A DNA stretch of 64,000 nt from an uncultured Muribaculaceae bacterium. GTDB lineage: Bacteria; Bacillota_I; Bacilli_A; RF39; UBA660. The notes under the pieces are model-generated. The model did no database searches. It was not told where the DNA came from and saw only the letters and a list, made by a program, of their open reading frames with translations. The position numbers and the translations under genes were made by a program. The DNA is taken from the NCBI GenBank assembly GCA_964493665.1, contig CAZBOZ010000001.1:24591-88590 (forward strand). The letters are read 5' to 3'. Of the stretch, positions 47,546 through 57,094 are shown piece after piece. Each line of letters opens with the position of its first letter. Position 1 is the first letter of the stretch.

Positions 47546-48442
47546 CTTGTTTTCATTTATTTTGTCTCTTAAAAGAGTTAAAAATATATCTTCTTCGTAT
47601 GTTCCACGAGTCCTTTTTAATGATTTAAATCCGGGAACGGAATTAACTTCACAAATATAATAGCTATTATTTTCGCCAATTAAAATATCTATGCCACATA
47701 TATCTAATTTCATTGCTTTTGCTACTTTAATAGATAGTTCTTTTAATTCCGGAGTTGCTTCATAATATAAAGCTTCTCCTCCTTGAGCTAAATTACTTCT
47801 AAAATCTTTACCATTACTAGTTCTAATAGCACTACCAATAAATTTACCCCCTACTACATAGCATCTAATATCTTTACCATAGGATGATTTAATATATTCT
47901 TGGAATATTACTTTTCCTTTATAACGACTATATTTTAAATCAAATGTTTCTTTATTATCTATTAGAAAGACACTTTTACCTTCACGGCCTTTAATATATT
48001 TTAAAATAAATATAGGACTATTAAAAATTTTAGTAATATCTTCATATTCCAATAGTTGCTTGCCAGTTTTTCTTACTGAATATAAGGTCTTAGGACTTTT
48101 TATATTATATTCAGTTAATATTTGATGAGTTTTAAGTTTGTTTTTAGCATCTACCATTGCTTGAGAAGAATTAAATACTTTTACACCAAGGGTTTCTAGC
48201 TGTCTTATAAAAAATATATCTAATTTACGACTTATAGCGTATCTAGGAAATACCTTTATTTCTTTTCCTTCGTAATAGATGGTATTTTTATCACCTGTTG
48301 AAATAATAAATTTAGATAAATTATATACTTCTAAATCAATATCATAATGATTTTTGGCTTTAGTAATAAGCCTTTCAATAAAACCATTATTTATCTTACG
48401 ATTATAAGTCCAATTTGAATAAAAAAACCATACTTTTTCCAT
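47543..48442 (-). CDS. RimK-family ATP-grasp alpha-L-glutamate ligase-like protein
   Basis: ATP-grasp fold. DFRSNLAQGG matches the RimK DFRSN..GG motif. EVNSVPGF and a Lys-rich B-loop are present. Confidence 0.7.
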   Translation of the reverse strand: MEKVWFFYSNWTYNRKINNGFIERLITKAKNHYDIDLEVYNLSKFIISTGDKNTIYYEGKEIKVFPRYAISRKLDIFFIRQLETLGVKVFNSSQAMVDAKNKLKTHQILTEYNIKSPKTLYSVRKTGKQLLEYEDITKIFNSPIFILKYIKGREGKSVFLIDNKETFDLKYSRYKGKVIFQEYIKSSYGKDIRCYVVGGKFIGSAIRTSNGKDFRSNLAQGGEALYYEATPELKELSIKVAKAMKLDICGIDILIGENNSYYICEVNSVPGFKSLKRTRGTYEEDIFLTLLRDKINENK

Positions 48443-49303
48443 TTATTCTTCACCTAGTTCTTTTATTTTATTTCTTATACGACCATTTGGAAAAACAATT
48501 TTAGGACCCTTATTGGTGAACAAAACAATCATCATTTCATCATCTAATGCTTTTTTAATAGTCTTACTGTTGTTTTTCTGCCATATTCTTGACATTATCT
48601 TAGTCAAATCTTTAGTAGCTTTTTTTTCTACTTTTATTTCTCTTTTATCAAAATAGATAGCATCTAAAAGTAAATTCATAACCTTTTCTAATTCACCGGC
48701 TGTTAATCCTACTTTAATATTCCTAACTTCTATTAATTTTTTATTTAAATAATTAATTGCGGTATATTTAGCACTTACGTTTCTTTGAAATTCTAAATAT
48801 TCTTTAAAATCAAAATCATATACAACTTGTTTATAGACATTTTCTTCAAAATATTTTGGTTCTTCTTTCATTAATAAAAGTAATCTTTGATGAGAAGGAT
48901 CGGGATTGGTCATATCATATTGATTAAAATTCATATGAATACCACAATTATGACCTTTATCCATTAAAATACTGCCATCAGAGAAGTTCATTATTCTAAG
49001 TAGTGTACTATATATCTTCTTTATTTTTTTAACTGGTAATGGATCTAAAACTATTTCAAATGAATAGTTTCCAATAATAGTTCCATCACTAGTAAAATAG
49101 CCATTATCTCCTACAGCTTGTTTAATTTTTTTAAGTAAAGTTCTAATAAAAGTATATCTTTCTCTTTCATAATTAACTGATATTTCAATCTCTAAACCAA
49201 TTGAGTTAAAATCTACTGGCTTTTTAATTCTATCTATTCCATAAGATGGCTGAACATCAAGTAATTCATCATATCTTTTACTATAATTAATTTCTTCAAT
49301 CAT
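48443..49303 (-). CDS. hypothetical protein, candidate glutamine-synthetase-like amidoligase (Amidoligase_2/GCS2-like)
   Basis: 286 aa. SIGLEIEIS resembles the N-terminal G-x-E-x-E strand of GS-like carboxylate-amine ligases. It is otherwise unrecognised. The assignment is motif-level only. Confidence 0.4.
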   Translation of the reverse strand: MIEEINYSKRYDELLDVQPSYGIDRIKKPVDFNSIGLEIEISVNYERERYTFIRTLLKKIKQAVGDNGYFTSDGTIIGNYSFEIVLDPLPVKKIKKIYSTLLRIMNFSDGSILMDKGHNCGIHMNFNQYDMTNPDPSHQRLLLLMKEEPKYFEENVYKQVVYDFDFKEYLEFQRNVSAKYTAINYLNKKLIEVRNIKVGLTAGELEKVMNLLLDAIYFDKREIKVEKKATKDLTKIMSRIWQKNNSKTIKKALDDEMMIVLFTNKGPKIVFPNGRIRNKIKELGEE

Positions 49304-50978
49304 TGTTATATTCCCTTTCTATTACCCTAATTATTCTTTTCATTTTTTTAATTAATTTACTAAAATACCAAGCGTTATGATTTAATCTTCGATATTTTTT
49401 CCCTATTTCTAATTGTATAGTTGGTATACCTAACTCTTTATTAATATAATAACTAATTGTTTTAGTTCTTGCTAAAAACTTAGTATCAATAGTAACTTTT
49501 TTATTACCAACTTGTAATTTTTTTTGAATTTTATTAATTAAACTTATATTGCCATTTACATTTTGATAATTATTCACGCCAATTTCAAAATCGCGATCAT
49601 CATCATATTCTAAACCATGAATATCAATTAAAAATTTTATTTTATTTTCTAAAATAAATTTTTTTAATTCTTCTTTATAAATGTTGTTTTTAATATGATT
49701 ATAGTCCTCTCCATCATTATTAGTAAAAATGATGTTAGAATTAGTAGTTAAATGCAATACTTTAACTAAACTATTAGTATGATATTCTCTTACTTTATGT
49801 TTATCATTTCTTAAATGATAGTGAGCATGAGGAGCTGATAAAATAACATTATTGGTTCCTTTATATATTTCAAAATTAGCTATTTTCTTAGTTGATTTTA
49901 AATTATTAAATTCTTTTAATAATTCTAATGTTTTCTTTGGTTTATCTATAAACATAGCATCCCCGAAAGAAAAGAATCGATAATTATGTTTTTTGGCTTC
50001 TTTATAAGCATTTAATATATTATCTCTACCAGCTAAAGCACTAACTAGCATTAATAAAGTTGATTTTGGCAAGTGAAAATTAGTAATAAGTGAATCTATA
50101 GCTTTAAATTCATATCCAGGATATATAAATATATCAGTTTCACCAAAATCTTCTTTAAAAATATTATGTTTATTATAAGTTGCTTCAAGAACTCTTGTCG
50201 AAGTAGTACCAACTGCTATTATTTTACTATTTCTTTTTTTAGCATTATTTAATATTTCAGCGGTTTCTTTACTTAATTCATAATATTCACTATGCATTTT
50301 GTGATCTAAAATATTACTTTCTGAAACTGGTTTAAAAGTGCCAATCCCAACATGTAAGGTTATATAAGTAATTATGATGCCTTTTCTTTTTATTGATTCT
50401 AATAATTTTTTAGTAAAATGAAGCCCAGCAGTTGGTGCAGCAGCACTACCAAAATATTTGGCATATACGGTTTGATATCTATTATTATCTTCTAATTTTT
50501 CATGGATATAAGGTGGTGTTGGCATTTCACCTAAAGAATCTAATATTTCATATAAAATGCCTTCATATATTAATTCTATTTCAATTATGCCGTCTTCTTT
50601 TTTATTTAAAACTTTAGCTTTTAAAGCATTCTTTTTAAATATTATAATATCATTTATGTTAAGTCTTCTGGAATTTCTAATTAAAGCTTCCCACGTATTA
50701 TTTTTAATGTTTTTAAGTAATAATACTTCTACTTTAGCATCAGTTTTTTCTTTGACGCCATAAAGTCTGGCGGGGATTACTTTAGTATCATTTAATACTA
50801 AAACATCACCAGGATTTAAATAATTAATAATATTATAAAATCTAGTATGTTTAATTTTACCATTTTCTTTATTTAATACTAATAATTTAGAATGGGTTCT
50901 TTTTTCAATTGGAGTTTGAGCAATATATTTTTTATCTAAATTATAATTGTAATAATTAATGTCTAGGTGTTTTTCCAT
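49296..50978 (-). CDS. queA: S-adenosylmethionine:tRNA ribosyltransferase-isomerase QueA fused to a C-terminal FGase/AstE-AspA-like Zn-amidohydrolase-type domain
   Basis: The N-terminal 345 aa or so are collinear with QueA (PGDVLVLNDTKVIPARL, AAPTAGLHF, VGTTSTR, FHLPKSTLLMLVSA, YRFFSFGDAMFI). A further 215 aa or so follow in the same frame and contain ILSAPHAHYH and LIDIHGLEYDDD. Confidence 0.75.
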   Translation of the reverse strand: MEKHLDINYYNYNLDKKYIAQTPIEKRTHSKLLVLNKENGKIKHTRFYNIINYLNPGDVLVLNDTKVIPARLYGVKEKTDAKVEVLLLKNIKNNTWEALIRNSRRLNINDIIIFKKNALKAKVLNKKEDGIIEIELIYEGILYEILDSLGEMPTPPYIHEKLEDNNRYQTVYAKYFGSAAAPTAGLHFTKKLLESIKRKGIIITYITLHVGIGTFKPVSESNILDHKMHSEYYELSKETAEILNNAKKRNSKIIAVGTTSTRVLEATYNKHNIFKEDFGETDIFIYPGYEFKAIDSLITNFHLPKSTLLMLVSALAGRDNILNAYKEAKKHNYRFFSFGDAMFIDKPKKTLELLKEFNNLKSTKKIANFEIYKGTNNVILSAPHAHYHLRNDKHKVREYHTNSLVKVLHLTTNSNIIFTNNDGEDYNHIKNNIYKEELKKFILENKIKFLIDIHGLEYDDDRDFEIGVNNYQNVNGNISLINKIQKKLQVGNKKVTIDTKFLARTKTISYYINKELGIPTIQLEIGKKYRRLNHNAWYFSKLIKKMKRIIRVIEREYNND

Positions 50979-51906
50979 ATATTCTGCCCTTCTCTTCATC
51001 CATTAGATTACCTAAAAAATCTATTGATCCACCTAAAAACATTCTAGCTTTTTCTTCTTCTGACACTGGTCTTCTAAAAATCCCATTAACTTCAGCTTGA
51101 AAAGTTTGAATACCATAACTTGTTTGAATTCCAGCATATCTATATACTTGATTACACAATGCACGCTTTTTACTGGCTTGAAACTTAGTATTAAATTTTA
51201 AATTAATAATGCCATATGGTATATAACTACTTCTAGCGATGTTTTGAAAAGAAATATATTCTCTAATGTATTCTCCATGGTTAGTTCCAAAAGCTATATC
51301 AAAATCATTTTTATGGGCATCCTCAAAATGTTTTGCTCCATGTAAATCCATATGTAATAAAATATTATTATCTTTTAAAAACTTTATAAATTGCGGATTT
51401 TGATGATCAACTGCAGCATTGGCTTCTAAATTGTTGTTTCTAACATAAGCAAAACAATTTAAAACTTTAGCTAAATATAAAGCATAAGCGCCAGTATAAG
51501 GCTCATCCAATTTTTCTTCTTCATCAGCAGTCTTATAATAATAATAGGTTAAAACATGAGGATTTAAACCAAAGTCTTCAGCAATAAACTCAATTTTTTT
51601 CTTTTCGCCATTTATTAGGATTGCGTTAATATCTAAGTCTTCTGGGCTAGTTATTATCTCTTGAGTTATTATTTTATTTAATATGTCATCTTCATCTTTT
51701 TTAGCTAAGTCTATAGCTTTTATTATATCTCTAGTAGCCATAACTTTTTCAGTCGTTTTTACTGAATGAGGAGATGAAATTATAATAGGAATTTTTCCAA
51801 TTACCACTTTAAAACTTGGCTTATCATTATCTCCTGAATACCTATTTTTTTTAAAAGGTAATTCATCAAATCTTATTTCTTCAATTGAAACATTTGTAAG
51901 TGTCAT
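50956..51906 (-). CDS. FGase-like (N-formylglutamate amidohydrolase / AstE-AspA superfamily-like) hydrolase candidate
   Basis: 316 aa. IIISSPHS and LHMDLHGAKH resemble the HutG-type S-x-PH and D-x-H zinc-ligand blocks. It is a paralog of the C-terminal domain of the QueA fusion. Confidence 0.5.
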   Translation of the reverse strand: MTLTNVSIEEIRFDELPFKKNRYSGDNDKPSFKVVIGKIPIIISSPHSVKTTEKVMATRDIIKAIDLAKKDEDDILNKIITQEIITSPEDLDINAILINGEKKKIEFIAEDFGLNPHVLTYYYYKTADEEEKLDEPYTGAYALYLAKVLNCFAYVRNNNLEANAAVDHQNPQFIKFLKDNNILLHMDLHGAKHFEDAHKNDFDIAFGTNHGEYIREYISFQNIARSSYIPYGIINLKFNTKFQASKKRALCNQVYRYAGIQTSYGIQTFQAEVNGIFRRPVSEEEKARMFLGGSIDFLGNLMDEEKGRIYGKTPRH

Positions 51907-51942
51907 AATAAATCACACCCCTTGCCCGAACATTATATGATA

Positions 51943-51970
51943 AAAAGGCGGATTTGTCCACCTTTTTGGG
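51943..51970 (-). terminator. rho-independent terminator after ruvB
   Basis: On the minus strand, a CCAAAAAGGUGGACAAAUCCGCCUUUUU hairpin with one G-U pair, then a U-run. A TATAAT for the downstream cluster follows. Confidence 0.5.
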
Positions 51971-51994
51971 CTAATTTCGCTAAATTTTTAGTTT

Positions 51995-52996
51995 TTAAAA
52001 TAATGATATATTTTGGTCAATTTTTAAATGTTTATAGCTCTTTTCAGTTGCTACTCTTCCGCTTCTAGTTCTTTTTATGAATCCTTCTTGTAGTAAATAA
52101 GGTTCAACAACGTCTTCTATGGTAGTTACCTCTTCACCAATTGAAGTAGCTATAGTTTCTACTCCTACTGGGCCACCATTAAATTTTGTTATTAAAGACG
52201 TTAAATATTCGACATCTATTTGATCAAGACCATAATTATCTACACTAAGTCTTTTTAATGATTTTTTTAAAACTTCTTCATTTATAGAATTATTACCTTC
52301 TACTAAAGCAAAATCACTGATTCTTTTAAACAATCTATTAGCTATTCTTGGCGTTTTACGACATCTTTCAGCTAATATTTTAGCAGCTTCACTAGTTATA
52401 TCAGTTTTTAATACTTTGCTAGTTCTTTTTATAATATCAGTTAATTCTTCTACTGAATAATAGTTTAATTTTGATACAATACCAAATCGGTCTCTTAAAG
52501 GACTTGAAATATCACCAGCTCTAGTAGTTGCTCCAATTAAAGTAAATGGCGGTAGTTCTATTTTAATGTTTTTGCTAGTTCCTTCACTACCTATAATTAT
52601 ATCAATTTCAAAATCTTCCATAGCCGGATATAGTATTTCTTCAATAAATTTAGGCATTCTATGAATTTCATCAATAAATAAAACATCTCCTGGTTCCAAA
52701 GATGATAAAATGGCTGCTAAATCACCACTTTTTTCAATAGCTGGTCCACTAGTAGTTTTAATATTTGTACCAAGCTCATTTGCTACTATATGGGCAAGGG
52801 TGGTTTTTCCAAGTCCTGGAGGGCCATAAAGTAAAATGTGGTCTAGAGCTTCCCCTCTTATTTTACAGGCTTTAATAAAGACATCAATATTATCTTTTAC
52901 TTCTTTTTGACCTATATATTCTTTTAAATATTTAGGTCTTAAATTTAAATCAAAATCGTCATCTTTTATATAACTTTCCGTAATTATTCTTTCCAT
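51995..52996 (-). CDS. ruvB: Holliday junction branch migration helicase RuvB
   Basis: AAA+ Walker [10 protein letters not shown], Walker B LFIDEIHR, and a winged-helix C-terminus. Confidence 0.9.
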   Translation of the reverse strand: MERIITESYIKDDDFDLNLRPKYLKEYIGQKEVKDNIDVFIKACKIRGEALDHILLYGPPGLGKTTLAHIVANELGTNIKTTSGPAIEKSGDLAAILSSLEPGDVLFIDEIHRMPKFIEEILYPAMEDFEIDIIIGSEGTSKNIKIELPPFTLIGATTRAGDISSPLRDRFGIVSKLNYYSVEELTDIIKRTSKVLKTDITSEAAKILAERCRKTPRIANRLFKRISDFALVEGNNSINEEVLKKSLKRLSVDNYGLDQIDVEYLTSLITKFNGGPVGVETIATSIGEEVTTIEDVVEPYLLQEGFIKRTRSGRVATEKSYKHLKIDQNISLF

Positions 52997-53004
52997 AACA
53001 TCCC

Positions 53005-53559
53005 CTACTTCATTAATAATTTTAAGGCTTCTTTTACTTGGTCTTCTATTTTTAATTCGGAATTTACATTAGGTAATACCTTTTTAATATCTAAAATTTT
53101 ATATCCTAAACTCTCTAATACACTTACTAATTCTTCAAAATCACTATTATTTGTTACATTCCCTTGCTTTCCTAATTTTCCTTTTAAATCTAATATGATT
53201 TGTCTAGCTACTTTTTCACCAATTTTAGGGAATTTAGTTAAATATAAAATATTTTCTCTTTCAATAGCATCATAAACACCATTTATACTACCTGTAGCAA
53301 GCACTGGTAAAGCCATTTTAGGACCGATTCCTTTAACATTTATTAGTTTTAGAAATAATTCCTTTTCCTCATCATTTTTAAAGCCATATAAAGAGTATTC
53401 ATCTTCTCTAACATGAGTATATATATATACTTTATATTCCTTTTCTAATTCATAAGAATAAGGATTAGCTACTTTTATTTCATAACCAATATAATTTGCT
53501 TCCAAAACAATATAATTAGCTTTAATATCTTTTATTTTTCCTATAATATAATTGTACAT
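53005..53559 (-). CDS. ruvA: Holliday junction DNA helicase RuvA
   Basis: OB-fold N-terminus (MYNYIIGKI...[12 protein letters not shown]) and HhH motifs ([10 protein letters not shown]). Confidence 0.9.
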   Translation of the reverse strand: MYNYIIGKIKDIKANYIVLEANYIGYEIKVANPYSYELEKEYKVYIYTHVREDEYSLYGFKNDEEKELFLKLINVKGIGPKMALPVLATGSINGVYDAIERENILYLTKFPKIGEKVARQIILDLKGKLGKQGNVTNNSDFEELVSVLESLGYKILDIKKVLPNVNSELKIEDQVKEALKLLMK

Positions 53560-53634
53560 ACTATCACCTATTAAAAGTATATCATAAAAAATAATTATCT
53601 ATAAAATAAAAAATTCAAGTAATCTTGAATTTTT

Positions 53635-53961
53635 TTAATCTACATCCCAATTTGTGACTGGTAAATCATTAGAATCTTTAAATTCACCGGCTAAAATAAG
53701 TATCCAGTCGATTAGAGTTCCTATACCAAATAAACCAATAGTAAAGAGCCATAATATTCCAGTTCCAGTTTTACCTACATAGAATCTATGCACTCCTAAT
53801 GTACCTAAAAATGTACAAAGTAGAAATGTAACTAAACGAGATTTTGGTGATATTCCCTTCTTTGTTTTTAATTTTTCTATTGCTTTTCCGCAATTAAGGC
53901 AAACATCGGCCCCTTCTTTTAATTCTTTACCACAATTTGAACAAAACTTTATCATGAACAT
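53635..53961 (-). CDS. zinc-ribbon plus TM2-domain membrane protein
   Basis: CSNCG...CLNCG zinc ribbon followed by [27 protein letters not shown], a TM2 domain. Confidence 0.55.
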   Translation of the reverse strand: MFMIKFCSNCGKELKEGADVCLNCGKAIEKLKTKKGISPKSRLVTFLLCTFLGTLGVHRFYVGKTGTGILWLFTIGLFGIGTLIDWILILAGEFKDSNDLPVTNWDVD

Positions 53962-53968
53962 TCTCTCC

Positions 53969-54361
53969 TTACTCGCACTCTAAAGCGTCTATATTTGTAT
54001 AATATCTGTTATTTTTAAAATAAATTATAACATCTTTATCATTCATTGATGAACCATCTCTGGGATCAGTTAAAAGTATTCCTTTATTGGGTTCAATATA
54101 TTTATTTAATATTAAATCTTCAATAGTTAAGTTTTTGCAACTGTATGTTTCGCTATTAATAACACAATTTTCATCCAAGGTATTTTCCTGGCCATAAATA
54201 ATCCCAGCTTTTTTTATCATAGCAATTTTTGTGCAGTACATATGAGTTCTTACTTTTTGAGATATAGAAATTACAGCTGGTACAGCTGCTGTTATCATTA
54301 ATGATATTATTACTATTACTGCTAAAAGCTCAATTAATGTAAAACCCTTTTTTATTTTCAT
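53969..54361 (-). CDS. prepilin-type N-terminal cleavage/methylation domain protein (type IV pilin/pseudopilin-like)
   Basis: [27 protein letters not shown] is the classic G-F-T-L-I-E class III signal plus hydrophobic helix. 130 aa with two C-terminal Cys. Confidence 0.7.
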   Translation of the reverse strand: MKIKKGFTLIELLAVIVIISLMITAAVPAVISISQKVRTHMYCTKIAMIKKAGIIYGQENTLDENCVINSETYSCKNLTIEDLILNKYIEPNKGILLTDPRDGSSMNDKDVIIYFKNNRYYTNIDALECE

Positions 54362-54391
54362 AGTTCCCTCTTATAATTTATTATATTACAA

Positions 54392-55660
54392 TTAAGCTTT
54401 AAACTCAAATATATAATCAAATATTTTTACTTCATCGCCTTTTTTAGCTCCAAGTTTTTCTAATTCCTCGTCTACACCCATTTTATTTAATTTAATAGCA
54501 AATCTTTTTACTGAATCATCAACATCAAATCTAGTCATTTTAAATAGTTTTTCTATTTTACCACCACTAATAACCCAAATATCATTTTCTTTAGTTATAT
54601 TAAATGGTTTTTCTTCTTCGTATTTATATAAAACGAAATTATCATTATTAGTGCTTTTTTTGTTTTTTTCAACTTCATCTAAAGAATTTGCAAAAATATT
54701 TAGCATTCCATCAATACCTAAATTGTTTAAAGCACTTATTGGAATAATGTTTATATTAGGGTACACTTTTTTAAATTTTTTTAAATTGTTTTCAGCATTT
54801 GGCAAATCCATTTTATTGGCAACAACAATTTGAAGTTTATTTTTTAAATCATCACTATATTTAAATAATTCATTATTAATTTCTTCATAGTCTTTTATAG
54901 GATTTCTGCCTTCTTCACTTCCCATATCTAAAATATGAGCTATTATTTTAGTTCTAGAAGTGTGTTTTAAGAATTTATCTCCAAGGCCTATTCCCTCACT
55001 AGCACCTTTAATTAATCCTGGTAGATCAGCAATTACAAAAGAACGATGATCTTTAAGTTTGACTAAACCTAGATTAGGACTTAAAGTTGTAAAATGATAA
55101 GCTGCTATTTTAGGTTTTGAAGCACTAATTAGAGCCAATATAGAGCTTTTACCAACACTTGGCATACCAACTAAACCAATATCAGCTAGAACATGTAATT
55201 CGCACTTTATTAATTTTTCTTCTCCTGGTTCACCAAGTTCACTTATTCTAGGAGCCTTATCAAATTTAGTAGCAAAAGCTTTATTTCCTTTTCCGCCTCT
55301 ACCACCTTTACAAACTATAAATTCTTCGCCATCATTTATTAAATCAGCAATAATTTTATTATTATCAAGATCAATTATAGTAGTTCCCTCTGGTACTTTT
55401 ATAACAACTGGCTCTGCTCCCTTACCATATCTATTTGATCCTTCCCCGTTTTGACCTTTATTTCCTTTAATATGCTTTTGATATTTTAAATCAACAAGAG
55501 TTTTTAAACTTTTATCTACTTTAAAAATAATGTCGGCTCCTTTACCACCATTACCACCATCTGGACCACCTAATTCAACATATTTTTCATGACGAAAAGA
55601 AGTGCATCCATCGCCACCTTTACCAGCCGTTATTTTTATAGTAATTTCATCAATAAACAT
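54392..55660 (-). CDS. obg: GTPase Obg/CgtA
   Basis: Gly-rich Obg fold N-terminus (GGDGG..GGKGG), G1 GMPSVGKSS, G3 DLPG and G4 NKMD motifs, and a TGS-like C-terminus. Confidence 0.9.
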   Translation of the reverse strand: MFIDEITIKITAGKGGDGCTSFRHEKYVELGGPDGGNGGKGADIIFKVDKSLKTLVDLKYQKHIKGNKGQNGEGSNRYGKGAEPVVIKVPEGTTIIDLDNNKIIADLINDGEEFIVCKGGRGGKGNKAFATKFDKAPRISELGEPGEEKLIKCELHVLADIGLVGMPSVGKSSILALISASKPKIAAYHFTTLSPNLGLVKLKDHRSFVIADLPGLIKGASEGIGLGDKFLKHTSRTKIIAHILDMGSEEGRNPIKDYEEINNELFKYSDDLKNKLQIVVANKMDLPNAENNLKKFKKVYPNINIIPISALNNLGIDGMLNIFANSLDEVEKNKKSTNNDNFVLYKYEEEKPFNITKENDIWVISGGKIEKLFKMTRFDVDDSVKRFAIKLNKMGVDEELEKLGAKKGDEVKIFDYIFEFKA

Positions 55661-55713
55661 AATTATTCACCAAATTAATAATAGCATTTTTTATATATAA
55701 AAACTAGAATATT

Positions 55714-57024
55714 TTATTCTAGTTTATTTATTAATTCTTCAAGACTTAATTTTTCTTGATTACCGGTTTTCATATTTTTAAGAGTGATATAGTTGTTATT
55801 TACTTCATCTTCACCAATTATTAATATATATTTAACATTTGATTTATCGGCATATCTTAATTTCTTTTTAAAATCTTTTTCTAAATAACAAATATTTGCT
55901 GATAAATTATTGTCTCTTAAATTCTTAGCAATTTTATTAATATATTCCATGTTTTCAACCATTGGAATTATCATTATTAAAGAAGATGCTGATTCATCAA
56001 TTTTAATAATATTGGTTTCTCTTAACTGATAAAAAAGCCTTGTAAGCCCTATAGAAATACCAACACCAGGAAGACGCTTGTCAGTATAATATTCTGCCAA
56101 ATTATCATATCTACCGCCAGAACAAACACTTCCAATAGATGGATAATCTTTTAATATGGTTTCATATATTGTACTAGTGTAATAGTCTAAACCTCTAGTT
56201 ATGCTAAAGCTTATTTCAACATTATTATCATTTACACCAAAATCACTAAGGTTATTTATAACAGTTTCCAATTCTCTAATTCCATTATTAAATATATTGT
56301 TTTTAATATTTAAATTACTTAAATAGCTTAATTTTTCTTGATTAGTACCAGCAAATGTTATAAATTCTAAAATGCTAGCCACTAAATCTTTTGAACTAAC
56401 AAGTCCATATAACTCTTTTTCTAAATCATTAATACTTATTTTATCTTTTTTATCAATAACTCTTAAAATGTCAATAATATTATTAGTAAGACCTAATTCC
56501 TCAAAAAAGCCTTTTAAAACTTTGCGATTATTTATTTTAATTATAAAATCACCAAAATTTAGTTTTTTAAATATGTCATAAATTACTAGAGGCATTTCGG
56601 CATCATACATTAAAGATAATGATTCATCCCCTATTACATCTATATCACATTGATAAAACTCTCTATATCGTCCTTTTTGGGATCTTTCTCCCCTAAATAC
56701 TTTGCCTATTTGATATCTTTTAAAAGGAAAAACCAAATCATTATATCTAGAAGCTACATATTTAGCTAAAGGAACAGTTAAATCAAATCTTAATGATAAA
56801 TCAGTATCTCCTTTGTTAAAACGATATATTTGTTTTTCAGTTTCACCACCAGCTTTAGCTAATAACACTTCGGAATATTCAATAATTGGTGTATCTAACG
56901 GCCAAAAACCATATTTTTCATATGTCTCTTTTATTGTTTCCATCATTTTATTAAACATTACTTGTTCTTCAGGATATAATTCCATAAATCCAGCTAATGT
57001 TTTAGGCTCTATTTTATTTATCAT
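55714..57024 (-). CDS. hisS: histidine--tRNA ligase
   Basis: Class II motifs (FRGERSQKGRYREFYQCD) and an anticodon-binding C-terminal domain. 436 aa. Confidence 0.9.
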   Translation of the reverse strand: MINKIEPKTLAGFMELYPEEQVMFNKMMETIKETYEKYGFWPLDTPIIEYSEVLLAKAGGETEKQIYRFNKGDTDLSLRFDLTVPLAKYVASRYNDLVFPFKRYQIGKVFRGERSQKGRYREFYQCDIDVIGDESLSLMYDAEMPLVIYDIFKKLNFGDFIIKINNRKVLKGFFEELGLTNNIIDILRVIDKKDKISINDLEKELYGLVSSKDLVASILEFITFAGTNQEKLSYLSNLNIKNNIFNNGIRELETVINNLSDFGVNDNNVEISFSITRGLDYYTSTIYETILKDYPSIGSVCSGGRYDNLAEYYTDKRLPGVGISIGLTRLFYQLRETNIIKIDESASSLIMIIPMVENMEYINKIAKNLRDNNLSANICYLEKDFKKKLRYADKSNVKYILIIGEDEVNNNYITLKNMKTGNQEKLSLEELINKLE

Positions 57025-57063
57025 AATAATCTTCTCCTACTTGAAATTATCTATTAAAACAAG

Positions 57064-57094
57064 CAAAAAGTCAAATTATTTAGTTTGACTTTTT
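57064..57094 (-). terminator. rho-independent terminator after the helicase gene
   Basis: aaaagtcaaa ttatttag tttgactttt hairpin overlapping the helicase stop codon. Confidence 0.5.

Noticed and set aside
57025-57092. A T-box upstream of hisS
   Set aside because: The 68-nt spacer is occupied by the helicase terminator hairpin. It holds no T-box consensus and has no room for Stem I.
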